In this document: piece by piece, positions 11,613 to 20,997 of the stretch
How the letters are laid out: each line of letters starts with the position of its first letter
Numbering within the stretch: the first letter of the stretch is position 1
From: an uncultured delta proteobacterium
GTDB taxonomy: Bacteria > Desulfobacterota > WTBG01 > CAIYCZ01 > CAIRTM01
Direction: 5' to 3'
Assembly: GCA_963804955.1 (NCBI GenBank)
Contig: CAWDSQ010000030.1
Coordinates: forward strand, 128,001 to 192,000
Length of the DNA stretch: 64,000 nt
Program-made: the position numbers and the translations under genes
The notes under the pieces: model-generated
The model's database searches: none
What the model was told of the DNA's origin: nothing
The model's input: the letters and a program-made list of their open reading frames with translations, nothing else

Positions 11613-11882
11613 TTATTTGTTTAATTCATATTCTTTTTTGGTGCACATGTGGTTGTAGATAACACCCATTATGATGGCTAAAAGAATCAGGCCGAAACCG
11701 TACACGCAGGCAAGATTCAGCCCCGCCATGACGATAATGCCCATGGTTTTGGGGCTCATTACATTGATGACGATAAAGCCGGCATAAACCAGCACATAAA
11801 ATATAAATAAATATATCCCGAGCCGCGCCTTATACTCGGAAGCCCTGTCCTCACCCCATTGTGTTGCTGGTCCATGTCCCAT
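11613..11882 (-). CDS. DUF485/YjcH-type small membrane protein, partner of ActP
   Basis: 89 aa, two TM helices, directly upstream of actP. Confidence 0.85.
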   Translation of the reverse strand: MGHGPATQWGEDRASEYKARLGIYLFIFYVLVYAGFIVINVMSPKTMGIIVMAGLNLACVYGFGLILLAIIMGVIYNHMCTKKEYELNK

Positions 11883-12408
11883 TTTTTTTCTCCTTGTTAA
11901 GTGAATAGGTAAAGAAAATGAACAAACTGACTGTCTCTATATTTCACAATTTAAACACTGTCAAGTGGAAAAATGAAAATACGTAAAAAAAATATACATA
12001 CACATGTTCTCTTTGTGAACAAAATTCTAAAAAAATATTTGCCGGACTGCCGTTACTTTTAGTATGCCGTAGGGGGATATGCTGTTTAAGGGGCACCGTT
12101 TATGCCGAAAGACGGTTTTTAAATAGTATTTAAGTTATTTAAGATTTTTAGTTGATGTGTTTCAATGGCGGGAGCGGATAAGAAGGCTGGAGAAACTAAT
12201 CGGTTTTTGTGTATACTTATTGATCAAATCTTGGATTATTGTGTTCACAATGTATGCATTGATGTTTTAGGGACATTTTTTACCTTAGGCCTCGTTTTTC
12301 TGTACATCTCGAGCCCTTCAGCACTTCGCTCAGGGCAGGCTTCCGGGAGCAGATCTTTGTTTTTGGAGTAGATTGATGCGCGCGGCGAACCTTCAGACTC
12401 AGTTGCTC

Positions 12409-12627
12409 TCACCTCCCCTTAATCCCTCCCATCAAAGGCTGTGTCATAATTAAAATAAATGTCATTCTGAGGAGCCGCAGGCGACGAAGAATCTCGTTGC
12501 TTGATGATTATATGAGAAAGGGCGAATGGCCATTCGCCCCTACGCAACGCCAGAGATCCTTCGTTTCACTCAGGATGACCGCACTATTTAATTGCTACAC
12601 AGTCTCTTGCGGGGGGAGGTGGGGCTC
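12409..12627. repeat. Nested palindromic intergenic repeat cluster
   Basis: aggctgtgtcataatt...aattgctacacagtct encloses gtcattctgagg...ctcaggatgac, which encloses gggcgaatggccattcgcccctac. Confidence 0.7.
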
Positions 12628-12718
12628 CAGGCGGCTTGCGGTGTATCGGGTGTTGCCAAAACCCTTGCCCGGCTGCGCTGCGCGTGGTAGTATACCTGTT
12701 TTACCGGAGCAGCTATAC

Positions 12719-14356
12719 ATGATTCATATTACCAATATCAGCAAGCAGCATGGCTCGCAGATTCTTTTCAAGAACGCGAGCCTTCAGATTCTGCCCGGCA
12801 CGCGCACGGGCCTGGTGGGGCCCAATGGCGCCGGCAAGACCACGGTTTTTCGCCTCATTACCGGCCAGGAAGAGGCTGACTCGGGCGATATATCAGGTCC
12901 CGAAGCGCACGAAAATCGGCTATTTCTCCCAGGATGTGGGCGATATGGCAGGCCGGTCCGCCCTTGGCGAGGTCATGTCGGCCGTAGGGGATGTGATGAG
13001 CCTGGGGGAGGAGATACGCGCGGATGGAGCAGGCCATGGCCCTGCCCATGGCTGATGAGGAGATGGCAGAGCTTCTGGAGCGCTACGGCAATGCCGTGGA
13101 GCAGTTCGAGCACAGCGGCGGCTATGATCTTGAGTCGCGCGCCCAGACCGTGCTCACCGGCCTTGGCATCGGCCCGGATGATTATGACCGGCCCGTTGAA
13201 TCGTTCAGCGGCGGCTGGAAAATGCGCATCGAGCTGGCGAAAATACTCACCATCAACCCCGATGTGCTGCTGCTTGACGAGCCCACCAACCATCTTGACA
13301 TGGAGTCGATCAGTCTGGCTTGAAGACTGGATTGTCACGCAGTTCAAGGGCGCGCTGCTCATGACCTGCCATGATCACGATTTCATGAACCGCATCGTGT
13401 CGCGCATTATCGAGGTTGCCAACCAGAGCCTCACCACGTATTCGGGCAATTACGACTTTTACCTGCGCGAGCGCGAGATACGGCGCGAGCAGCTGCTGGC
13501 CAGCTACCGCCGGCAGCAGGAAATGCTTGCCAAGGAAGAGGACTTCATCGCGCGCTTTGCCGCCCGGGCCTCCCATGCCTCGCAGGTGCAGTCGCGGGTG
13601 AAGAAAATAGATAAGATCGAGCGCATCGAGCTGCCGCCCGAGCAGCGCGTCGTATCATTCGAGTTTGCCGAGCCGCCGCGCTCGGGCGATGATGTGGCCC
13701 GCATCGTGAATCTCGGCAAGGTGTGGCAGCATGACGACGGCACGGAGAAATCGGTCTTCGGCGGCGTGTCGGGCATCATCCGGCGGCAGGACAAGATCGC
13801 CGTGGTGGGCGTCAACGGCGCGGGCAAGTCGACCTTTCTGAAAGTGCTGGCCGGCCAGACCGAGCCGACAACCGGCAGCCTCACCATCGGCGCAAACGTC
13901 ATCCCCGGCTATTTCAGCCAGCATGCCATGGATCTGCTCGATCCCGACAAAACCGTGTATGAGACTGTGCAGGATGCCATCCCCATGGCAAATATCGGCG
14001 TGGTCAGAAATCTCTGCGCAGCCTTTCTGTTTCAGGGCGATGCTGTTGAGAAGCGCATAAAGCTGCTGTCGGGCGGCGAGAAGAGCAGGGTGCTGCTGGC
14101 AACGCTGCTTGCCCGGCCCTTAAATCTGCTGATTCTGGATGAGCCCACCAATCATCTTGATTTTCAGTCGCGCCAGATACTGCTGCAGGCGCTTGCCAAA
14201 TTCACCGGCACCGTGGTGCTGGTGAGCCACGACCGGTATTTCCTTCGCTCCCTCGTGGGCCGCGTGTTTGAAATCGACCACGGCGAGATGATCATCTACG
14301 AAGGCAGCTACGAATACTATGTCAGCAAAACCCAGCGCAATGTCCAGGCCGCCTGA
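12719..14356 (+). CDS. ABC-F family ATPase (frameshifted)
   Basis: Two ABC cassettes (GPNGAGKTT, FSGGWKMR, LLLDEPTNHLD; GVNGAGKST, LSGGEKSR, LDEPTNHLD), no TM segments; ATG at 12719. Confidence 0.93.
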   Translation: MIHITNISKQHGSQILFKNASLQILPGTRTGLVGPNGAGKTTVFRLITGQEEADSGDISGPEAHENRLFLPGCGRYGRPVRPWRGHVGRRGCDEPGGGDTRGWSRPWPCPWLMRRWQSFWSATAMPWSSSSTAAAMILSRAPRPCSPALASARMIMTGPLNRSAAAGKCASSWRKYSPSTPMCCCLTSPPTILTWSRSVWLEDWIVTQFKGALLMTCHDHDFMNRIVSRIIEVANQSLTTYSGNYDFYLREREIRREQLLASYRRQQEMLAKEEDFIARFAARASHASQVQSRVKKIDKIERIELPPEQRVVSFEFAEPPRSGDDVARIVNLGKVWQHDDGTEKSVFGGVSGIIRRQDKIAVVGVNGAGKSTFLKVLAGQTEPTTGSLTIGANVIPGYFSQHAMDLLDPDKTVYETVQDAIPMANIGVVRNLCAAFLFQGDAVEKRIKLLSGGEKSRVLLATLLARPLNLLILDEPTNHLDFQSRQILLQALAKFTGTVVLVSHDRYFLRSLVGRVFEIDHGEMIIYEGSYEYYVSKTQRNVQAA

Positions 14357-14847
14357 GGTTTTTCACCGCCCGCTTCGCTCGAGACGCAGAGAACACAGAG
14401 AAAAAAATTTTGTTCTTTCAAAGGCAGAAGCCTTTTATTTTTCGCTTTTCTCAGCGAAAAACAAAAAAGAACGTTTTTCTCTGCGCCCTCAGCGACTCTG
14501 CGGTGCATCGTTTTTCGCTTTTCCTACAGCCTAACAGGCTATAGCCTATCAGCCTTCCTTCTCCCCTCCCGCCTACAGTCTAATAGCCTATAACCTTAAT
14601 TTAACCATTGACACATAGAATTATTTTTAATATGTCTATTTAATATTAAATATCCTTCGCTTCTTTAAACTTACAGCAGGCTAAAAAAAAGCGGATTACT
14701 ATTTTTTGCTTTAACGTTTATACGAAAGGCGCAACATTTTTATGTAAGCAGGCGGCTATTTTCTATCAGCTTGCCACTATACCGGCTTTATTGATTGAAT
14801 CTGCATAAAACTGATCGGTACGTATAAAAACTAGGTGAGGCGGGTAC

Positions 14848-15213
14848 ATGAAGAAGGATGCCAGGAAATCAACACGCATATCGACCAATCTGAAGCTTAT
14901 ATCCCGTAATTCCGGCAATTGCATAGATTCTCACCTAATGAATATGAGCAGTGGGGGTGCTTTTATTCAAACCAGTCACCTCCTGCCAATCGATGCTGAA
15001 TTTTCTTTAAATCTTCAACTGCCCGGCGATCCTGAAATTATGGCCATTGACGGACGTGTCGTCTGGACGAAGTCTGTTTCCAACTCTTCTCCTGCCGGCA
15101 TGGGCATACAGTTCACGAATATTCAGCCCCATCATGAAAAGAAACTGGCTGCTTTTGTTGAGCAGAATCGTAATCCGGACAGCAGCGCTGAGCCGGTCAA
15201 ATTATATTTGTAA
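14848..15213 (+). CDS. Stand-alone PilZ domain protein
   Basis: RKSTR (RxxxR) and NMSSGG (D/NxSxxG) motifs; GRVVW, GMGIQF. Confidence 0.9.
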   Translation: MKKDARKSTRISTNLKLISRNSGNCIDSHLMNMSSGGAFIQTSHLLPIDAEFSLNLQLPGDPEIMAIDGRVVWTKSVSNSSPAGMGIQFTNIQPHHEKKLAAFVEQNRNPDSSAEPVKLYL

Positions 15214-15259
15214 GAAGAAGGCCGGAGACTAAACGGGGGGCAGGGGGATTCGAAACAAC

Positions 15260-15478
15260 CGGTTCCGGTTGAACAGGTTAAGAATAAAATGTGCCTCATC
15301 CGCGGACATAAGGTCATGCTCGACAAGAGATCCTGCACTTCTCTCCGCTGTAGATACAAAAGTCCTAAAACAGGCGGTTAAACGAAACAGCAGCCGCTTC
15401 CCTCAAGATTTCATGTTTCAGCTAACCCGGAAAGAAAAAAATGAGCTGGTCACAAACTGTGACCGGTTCAGAATTTAG
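15260..15478 (+). pseudogene. ORF6N-domain remnant 1
   Basis: [22 protein letters not shown], frameshift, then [25 protein letters not shown]...LVTNCDRF; no C-terminal half. Confidence 0.75.
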
Positions 15479-15595
15479 TTTTTTTTATTCTGACTACTGA
15501 ATTCTGGCTTCTGTTATTTTACGGCCAAAGTTGGTAGGGTGTGCATTGCGCACCGGATTGCTGACTTCTGAATTTCTTTTATCTCCTCGCCCTCG

Positions 15596-15782
15596 AGGCT
15601 GTGTTGCAAGTAACTTTGCTGTCATCTCGACCCCTTCGGCTTCGCTCAGGGCAGGCTCCGGGAGAGATCTTTGTAGCAAGTAAAATCAAGGGCCTAAGAT
15701 TGATGCGCGGTGGCGCAACCTGCGGACTCACCGCCTGCGGCGGACCCGAAATGACATTAATAAATCAATTGCGACACAGCCT
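15596..15782. repeat. MITE-like palindromic element enclosing a GTCATCTCG...CGAAATGAC element
   Basis: Terminal IR aggctgtgttgcaa / ttgcgacacagcct; the inner part resembles 12304-12400. Confidence 0.65.
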
Positions 15783-15881
15783 CTATGCGGGTGGTTGTTG
15801 ACTTTCAATTTTCATCGAAGGCGACCTCTTTCTTCACTTGAAAAATTTCATTGACAATGGTTAACCTTTAGGTTAATTAAA

Positions 15882-16268
15882 ATGATAGACAGAGAATTGA
15901 TCGATAGTGGCGAGCGATTTGCTTTATATGCAGTCGTTGAAAATCGGAAGTGCCATGTCAAAAAGTTCATTTCCGAACTCGCAGATAAAGACAAAAAAAA
16001 GATCGTACGGCTTTTCCAATACACGGTAGAAAATGGTCCTCTGCGCAATGAAGAGAAATTCAAGAAACTTGAAACACGCGAATCAGTAACGCTATTCGAA
16101 TTCAAGGCCGGACAGGTGCGCATTCTGTGCTCCTTTGATGGGCGGTCTATTATCGTTCTTACTCACGGATTTATAAAGCAGCAGCAGAAAACACCCCACA
16201 CCGAGATAGACAGAGCATTCAGGCTTCTACAGCTCTACAATAAAAGGTTTCACAATGAAAACACGTGA
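15882..16268 (+). CDS. Type II toxin, RelE/ParE (Gp49-like) family
   Basis: FKKLE..LFEFK..QVRILCSFDG..IIVLTHGFIKQQQKTP..EI.RA pattern; overlaps the downstream HTH gene. Confidence 0.85.
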   Translation: MIDRELIDSGERFALYAVVENRKCHVKKFISELADKDKKKIVRLFQYTVENGPLRNEEKFKKLETRESVTLFEFKAGQVRILCSFDGRSIIVLTHGFIKQQQKTPHTEIDRAFRLLQLYNKRFHNENT

Positions 16269-16617
16269 TCGCGCCGACTGGTATAAAACGCTTCTTGATA
16301 CATACAAAAACGACCCCGAGTACATCGCCGAGGGGAAAATTCTTGATATCACCGAAAAAATCGTGGCCCGCATGGAAGAGCTGTGCATCAACCGTGCAGA
16401 GCTTGCCGCACGGCTCAATGTTTCTAAGGCATACATAACTAAACTGCTGCGCGGCGATGTCAATTTTACGCTGAAATCGCTGATCACCCTGGCCGCCGCC
16501 CTGGAGGCTGATATCGCCATTGATTTTATATCCCTTGGCGGTAGCCGGCGCATGCAAAAACACTCCGGCATGCATGCCGCCGAGAAAGTTGCGCCGTATC
16601 GGGCCCGGCGGTCATAA
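16255..16617 (+). CDS. XRE/HTH antitoxin
   Basis: RAELAARLNVSKAYITKLLRGDVNFTLKSL HTH. Confidence 0.85.
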   Translation: MKTRDRADWYKTLLDTYKNDPEYIAEGKILDITEKIVARMEELCINRAELAARLNVSKAYITKLLRGDVNFTLKSLITLAAALEADIAIDFISLGGSRRMQKHSGMHAAEKVAPYRARRS

Positions 16618-16809
16618 TGGCCCCGATTAATCACGGCTTCCATCTACCGGTTTCTGATCTTTCTCCCTCTCCGCCATTTTTGTATGGGGGAGAGGGTCGG
16701 GGTAGGTGGCTGGATGTTTTTGTACTCCACGGCTCCAACTGCTGCAATGAAAGCTTTTTTTTCTGACCTCAGTTCCTTGGCCTCTGTCCTTTGCTCTTCG
16801 CTCTCTGAA

Positions 16810-17250
16810 CTCCAAACTCCAAGGCTGGCTTCTGCCTACCGACTACTGTTTTTCCGTTCGCCTTTTGTCCGCTCCCGCGGTTTTGGATCTTGAATCCAGA
16901 ATTTTGAATCTTGAATCATTACCCCAGAACTCCCAACTCCGAACTCCGAACTCCAAACTCCAAGGCTGGCTTCTGAATACCGACTACTGTTTTTCCGTTC
17001 GCCTTCTGTCCGCTCCGCAGTTTTGGATCTTGAATCCAGAATTTTGAATCTTGAATCATTACCCCAGAACTCCCAACTCCGAACTCCGAACTCCGAACTC
17101 ACGACCCCGAACTCCAAACTCCAAGGCTGGCTTCTGAATACCGACTACTGTTTTTCCGTTCGCCTTCTGTCCGCTCCGCGGTTTTGGATCTTGAATCCAG
17201 AATTTTGAATCTTGAATTATTACCCCAGAACTCCGAACTCATGACTCTAA
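16810..17250. repeat. Three tandem composite repeat units built from 7-mers
   Basis: Units start at 16810, 16951 and 17112 (ctccaaactccaaggctggcttctg...ttttggatcttgaatccagaattttgaatcttgaat...) and differ mainly in the number of gaactcc-type heptamers. Confidence 0.9.
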
Positions 17251-17447
17251 ACTGTAGAGCGCGAGCATCGCGCTCTTACTGGCTTCTGAATTATTTTTTA
17301 TATAATTATTATTTTATTTGACATAGAAATCATTTTTTAATAGGTTTATAAAAATTAAGCTTCTTTTTGCCTTTAAAAACACCAGCACGCAAAAAGAATG
17401 TAGCAGCAAAGTTTCGGAAGTCATTGCATTAAAAAGGGGCGGGGATC

Positions 17448-17682
17448 ATGGGGGCATTCAAAGCAGCCTGTTCCGGTTGAACTTATCGTAAATAAAATTT
17501 ACCTCATCCGCGGGCACAAGGTCATGCTCGATAAGGATCTGTCTGAACTGTATGGTGTTTCGACCAGCGTCCTGAACAAAGCGGTCAGTCGTAACCTGGA
17601 CCGCTTCCCCTCAGATTTTATGTTGCAGCTCACCAGAGAAGAATTCTCAAACTTGAAGTGCCATTTTGGAACATCAAGTTGA
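17448..17682 (+). pseudogene. ORF6N-domain remnant 2
   Basis: [70 protein letters not shown]; stops 5 bp before the left IR of the Y1 element. Confidence 0.8.
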
Positions 17683-17708
17683 GAGAAAAAGGGGACGGTT
17701 CTATTTTA

Positions 17709-17737
17709 TTGACGGCGAGGGTCGGTTTTGCTAGTAT
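17709..17737 (+). promoter_or_regulatory. Candidate sigma70 promoter for the transposase
   Basis: TTGACG-17 nt-TAGTAT just inside the left IR. Confidence 0.5.
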
Positions 17738-17772
17738 AGATAGGAATGTGAAAGTTTAAGTAAGGGTAGGGT

Positions 17773-18471
17773 ATGCCGCGAGCAGCACGAATAGCGCCGA
17801 AAGAATATATCTATCATGTCATGACCCGGGGCAATAACCGGCAGGCAGTGTTCGAGGATGATGACGACTATACCCGGTACCTTGAAATTATGCAGCAGTA
17901 CCGGCAGAAATACACATTCAAGCTGTACCACTATGTGCTCATGAGTAACCATGTTCACCTGGTGCTGCAGCCATCGGAGCGTGGCGGAGCCCTTTCAGAA
18001 ATAATGAAGGGCATCAATCTCACGTATGCCTATCACTATAAAAAGAAGTATAAGCATACAGGGCATTTCTGGCAGGACAGGTATAAAAGCATCATCGTAT
18101 CACGGGATGAATATCTGGTGGCCTGCGGTGCCTATGTTGAACTGAATCCGGTGCGGGCACGCATGGTAAAAGACCCGAAAGAGTACCGCTGGAGCAGTTA
18201 TACCCGGTATGCTTATGGGAAAGAGAACGCGCTGCTTGATAGGCAGCTTTCGTACCTGCAGTTGGGGCAAAAGACAGCAGAGTGTCAGCAGAAGTACCGG
18301 CAGTTTGTGAAGGATCTGTTAAAAGAGAAGAAGGCGATGAAGGGGGAGATGGACCGGAGGCTTGCCTACGGTAACAGTGATTTTATTGTAATGCTGTCAA
18401 CGAAGCATACAATCAGCGGTGAGCTTCGAGCAAGAGGGCGCCCCAAAAAGCAGGTGGAAGATAATATATAG
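17773..18471 (+). CDS. REP-associated-type tyrosine transposase (RAYT / IS200-like Y1_Tnp)
   Basis: YHVMTRGNNRQAVF, YVLMSNHVHL (HUH), GHFWQDRYKS, YVELNPVRA, YRWSSY. Confidence 0.92.
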   Translation: MPRAARIAPKEYIYHVMTRGNNRQAVFEDDDDYTRYLEIMQQYRQKYTFKLYHYVLMSNHVHLVLQPSERGGALSEIMKGINLTYAYHYKKKYKHTGHFWQDRYKSIIVSRDEYLVACGAYVELNPVRARMVKDPKEYRWSSYTRYAYGKENALLDRQLSYLQLGQKTAECQQKYRQFVKDLLKEKKAMKGEMDRRLAYGNSDFIVMLSTKHTISGELRARGRPKKQVEDNI

Positions 18472-18499
18472 AACCGTCCCCTTTAAACCGTCCCCTTTA

Positions 18500-18526
18500 A
18501 ATATTGAGTTAACCCAGTACCATTAA
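18500..18526 (+). pseudogene. higB: C-terminal remnant of a HigB-type toxin
   Basis: AAT ATT GAG TTA ACC CAG TAC CAT TAA = NIELTQYH*, resembling the ..VEIVDYH* end of HigB, 11 bp before higA. Confidence 0.55.
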
Positions 18527-18537
18527 CGAGGTGCACC

Positions 18538-18855
18538 ATGTTACCAAAACACAGGCGGCCAACCCCTCCGGGGGAAATATTGAAATATGAGTTCCTGGAG
18601 CCGCTGGGCATGACCCAGCTGCAGCTTGCCACGGCTATCGGCATTACCAGAGTACGGGTAAACGAGATTGTGCTTGGAAAGAGATCAATTACTACCGATA
18701 CCGCCTTTCGCCTTGCGCAGTATTTTAATACAACTCCGGATTTCTGGCTGGGGCTTCAAATGGATGTGGATATGTGGGATACCCTTCAGCGCAATGCGGG
18801 CGAATATAAAAAAATTCCGCAGGTTAAAAAACAAGCCGCTTCTGCAGCCTGCTGA
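18538..18855 (+). CDS. higA: HigA-family antitoxin
   Basis: PTPPGEILKYEFLEPLGMTQ..LA..IG..RVRVNEIV.GKRSIT.DTA.RLA..F.TTPDFWL.LQ. Confidence 0.92.
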   Translation: MLPKHRRPTPPGEILKYEFLEPLGMTQLQLATAIGITRVRVNEIVLGKRSITTDTAFRLAQYFNTTPDFWLGLQMDVDMWDTLQRNAGEYKKIPQVKKQAASAAC

Positions 18856-18982
18856 AATACTTTTGGAGAATTCAAGCTGCACGTGGACGAATGAGGGGTA
18901 CTAAAGGACGTTGTTGACAAAGTACACAAATTAAGAAGCATAAAGAGTTATCGGTGCCCACGGCGCATCATACGATCTAAAT

Positions 18983-19477
18983 CTAAATCGGTGCGCATGG
19001 AAGTACCCAAGTGGTGCTGATTATTTCTTTTCCAACCCTGACCGATACTACCTCAATGTTCTTTTGCGTGATGAACGCCGCGGCTGCGTCTCTCACTCTT
19101 GCATCCGGCTTCTCTTCAGCCAGGGAAGTCAGATGGCTGTCAACGTCGGTATCCGTCGGCACGAGGGGAAAATCATATTTGGTTGCATAGTACATGGTTC
19201 CCTCGGGGAGTTCTTCCACTTTTTCTTCTTCCTTCGCTGCTCGTTGCCTGAGTAATTGTTCATTCTTTTCCGCGTAGGAACCCGCTATGGTCATGCGCAT
19301 TGCCTCGTCAAGAGCGGCGTACTCCTTGAGGGTGATAGTGGCGGGATTGAGCGCCTTCTGCCAGGCGGCCGGCTGAGACTTTGGCTTCTTCGCCGAGACC
19401 GGTTCGCCGGAATCGGATCCGCAGGCGATCAGTGAGAGAGATACCAGTATCATCCAAGCCACCCTGCCTGCTCGCAT
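18983..19477 (-). CDS. Hypothetical lipoprotein
   Basis: Signal peptide with LIAC lipobox. Confidence 0.6.
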   Translation of the reverse strand: MRAGRVAWMILVSLSLIACGSDSGEPVSAKKPKSQPAAWQKALNPATITLKEYAALDEAMRMTIAGSYAEKNEQLLRQRAAKEEEKVEELPEGTMYYATKYDFPLVPTDTDVDSHLTSLAEEKPDARVRDAAAAFITQKNIEVVSVRVGKEIISTTWVLPCAPI

Positions 19478-19634
19478 TGCGAAACATACTTTCCCCTTTT
19501 CTCATTTCATTTTCCTCCGGAAAAGCTTTTCTGAGCATGACTTCATGTGCACGCGGTTGCCTGCCAGACAGCATGGCCGACGTGCTTCTCTTGATATTTC
19601 TCTTCATCCTTGCGGATGTCGCGGGCCGGGTTTT

Positions 19635-20651
19635 CTACTCGGCTTCCAAATGTTTGTCCAAAAAGCTTCTGATGGTGTTCAGCACCAGATTGCGGATGGC
19701 GTCCGTCTCCATCAGGATCTCGTGACGGCTGCCGTAAAAAAACACCGGCGTGCAGTCCTGCGCCCTGTCGCAAAAAGAATCCTGGCCCTCCTGCCGCACA
19801 AACGTGTCTTCTTCAGCCTGCAGCAGCAGCACCGGTCTGCATTGCGGGCCGCCTCCCGCGGGCAAAGGCCCCCGTCTCCATCGAGCGCTTCACCCAGCTA
19901 TAGGTGGCGCCGCCCGATCGTATGACCGGGTTGTTCGGGATCAGGTCCTCCTCCCATGTTGACCAGCGCGCGTAGCTGTGCGTCGTGGTAGCGTCAAAAA
20001 AATAGGGATCATCCCTGGGGCCCTGCCCCAGGGCGTATTGGGCTCCCATGCCGAGGGTCGTGGCCAGGGAGGCAATGGCATAGGCGACGGAAGGAGGATA
20101 GCTGCCCGTGTTGATCTGCAGCATCGGGGAGTTCAGGATTGCTGCGTCTACGCTGCCCGGGTTTTTTTCAAGATAGCGCGCGGCTATGCAGCCTCCCATT
20201 GAATGGGCAAGAATGAACAGCTTCGCGTGGGGCTTTGCCATGACAACGGTGTCAATGAAGGTTTTCAGATCCTCAACATAGTCATCGAAAGTGTCGACGT
20301 ACACTTTCTGCGGGTCGTCATCGAGCAGGCGCTCCGAAAAACCAAAACCCCGGAAGTCCATCAAATAGCAGGAAAGCCCCGTATCCTGAAGATCATACAC
20401 AATCTCTGCATATTTTATGTACGACTCTGATTTGCCATGTAGAATTATCAGCGCTCCTGTTTCGTTATCCTGCTCGAACGCGGCATATTTGATCAGCAGG
20501 CCGTCTGTGCCTGCAAATTCGCCGAAAGTTCCGCCTTCATAAAATGGCCGGACCCTGGCGGCATACTGATTGGCATAATCGGCCTCGCTGATCGCATGGG
20601 CGCTGAAGGGCAGGATGATAAAAAAAGGATAAGTGCTGTACGTATCTTCAT
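19635..20651 (-). CDS. Secreted alpha/beta hydrolase (lysophospholipase L2-like), frameshifted
   Basis: HGKSE, DFRGFGFS, AHSMGG nucleophile elbow, LLLQAEEDTFV, GSRHEILME. Confidence 0.85.
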
Positions 20652-20997
20652 GATGCGTGGCTTCCTCGTATGGTGTTTTTTTGAGAGCCGCACTATAGCA
20701 ACCCGGCTGGAAAAAGACAAGCTCTAGATGTTCCGGATCAGGGCAGTCAGGGGACCGCCGGCTGAGATTGCCCGGCACACAGGAGTTTCCACCCCGGTAC
20801 TATCAAAGGCGGTAACTGTATGATAAGTAAAGCAACTCATGCAACAACGACCCCCTGCATGCATGTCATCGCCCGGAACTGTTTATGGTTGCCTTCGGAT
20901 GAAACAGGCTGGCGATGCATAATGTATATTGACAGAAGTATTTTATAAGAATACATATTTAAGTCATACATTATGCGAAATCTTTCAGGATCTTTTG

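Larger units (their letters stand above)
17688..18498 (+). mobile_element. Y1 (HUH) transposase element bounded by perfect 17-bp inverted repeats
   Basis: aaaggggacggttctat (17688-17704) / atagaaccgtccccttt (18468-18484), plus a tandem partial copy at 18486-18498. Confidence 0.75.

Noticed and set aside
11890..12300. Rex- or CRP-like operator upstream of yjcH-actP
   Set aside because: Only half-sites (ttgtgaa, ttcacaa) without a properly spaced palindrome.
16810..17250. CRISPR array
   Set aside because: Whole units are near-identical, with no unique spacers and no cas genes in the window.
14848..18855. Prophage or integrative element
   Set aside because: ORF6N and toxin-antitoxin genes are present, but no integrase, structural genes or att repeats were found.
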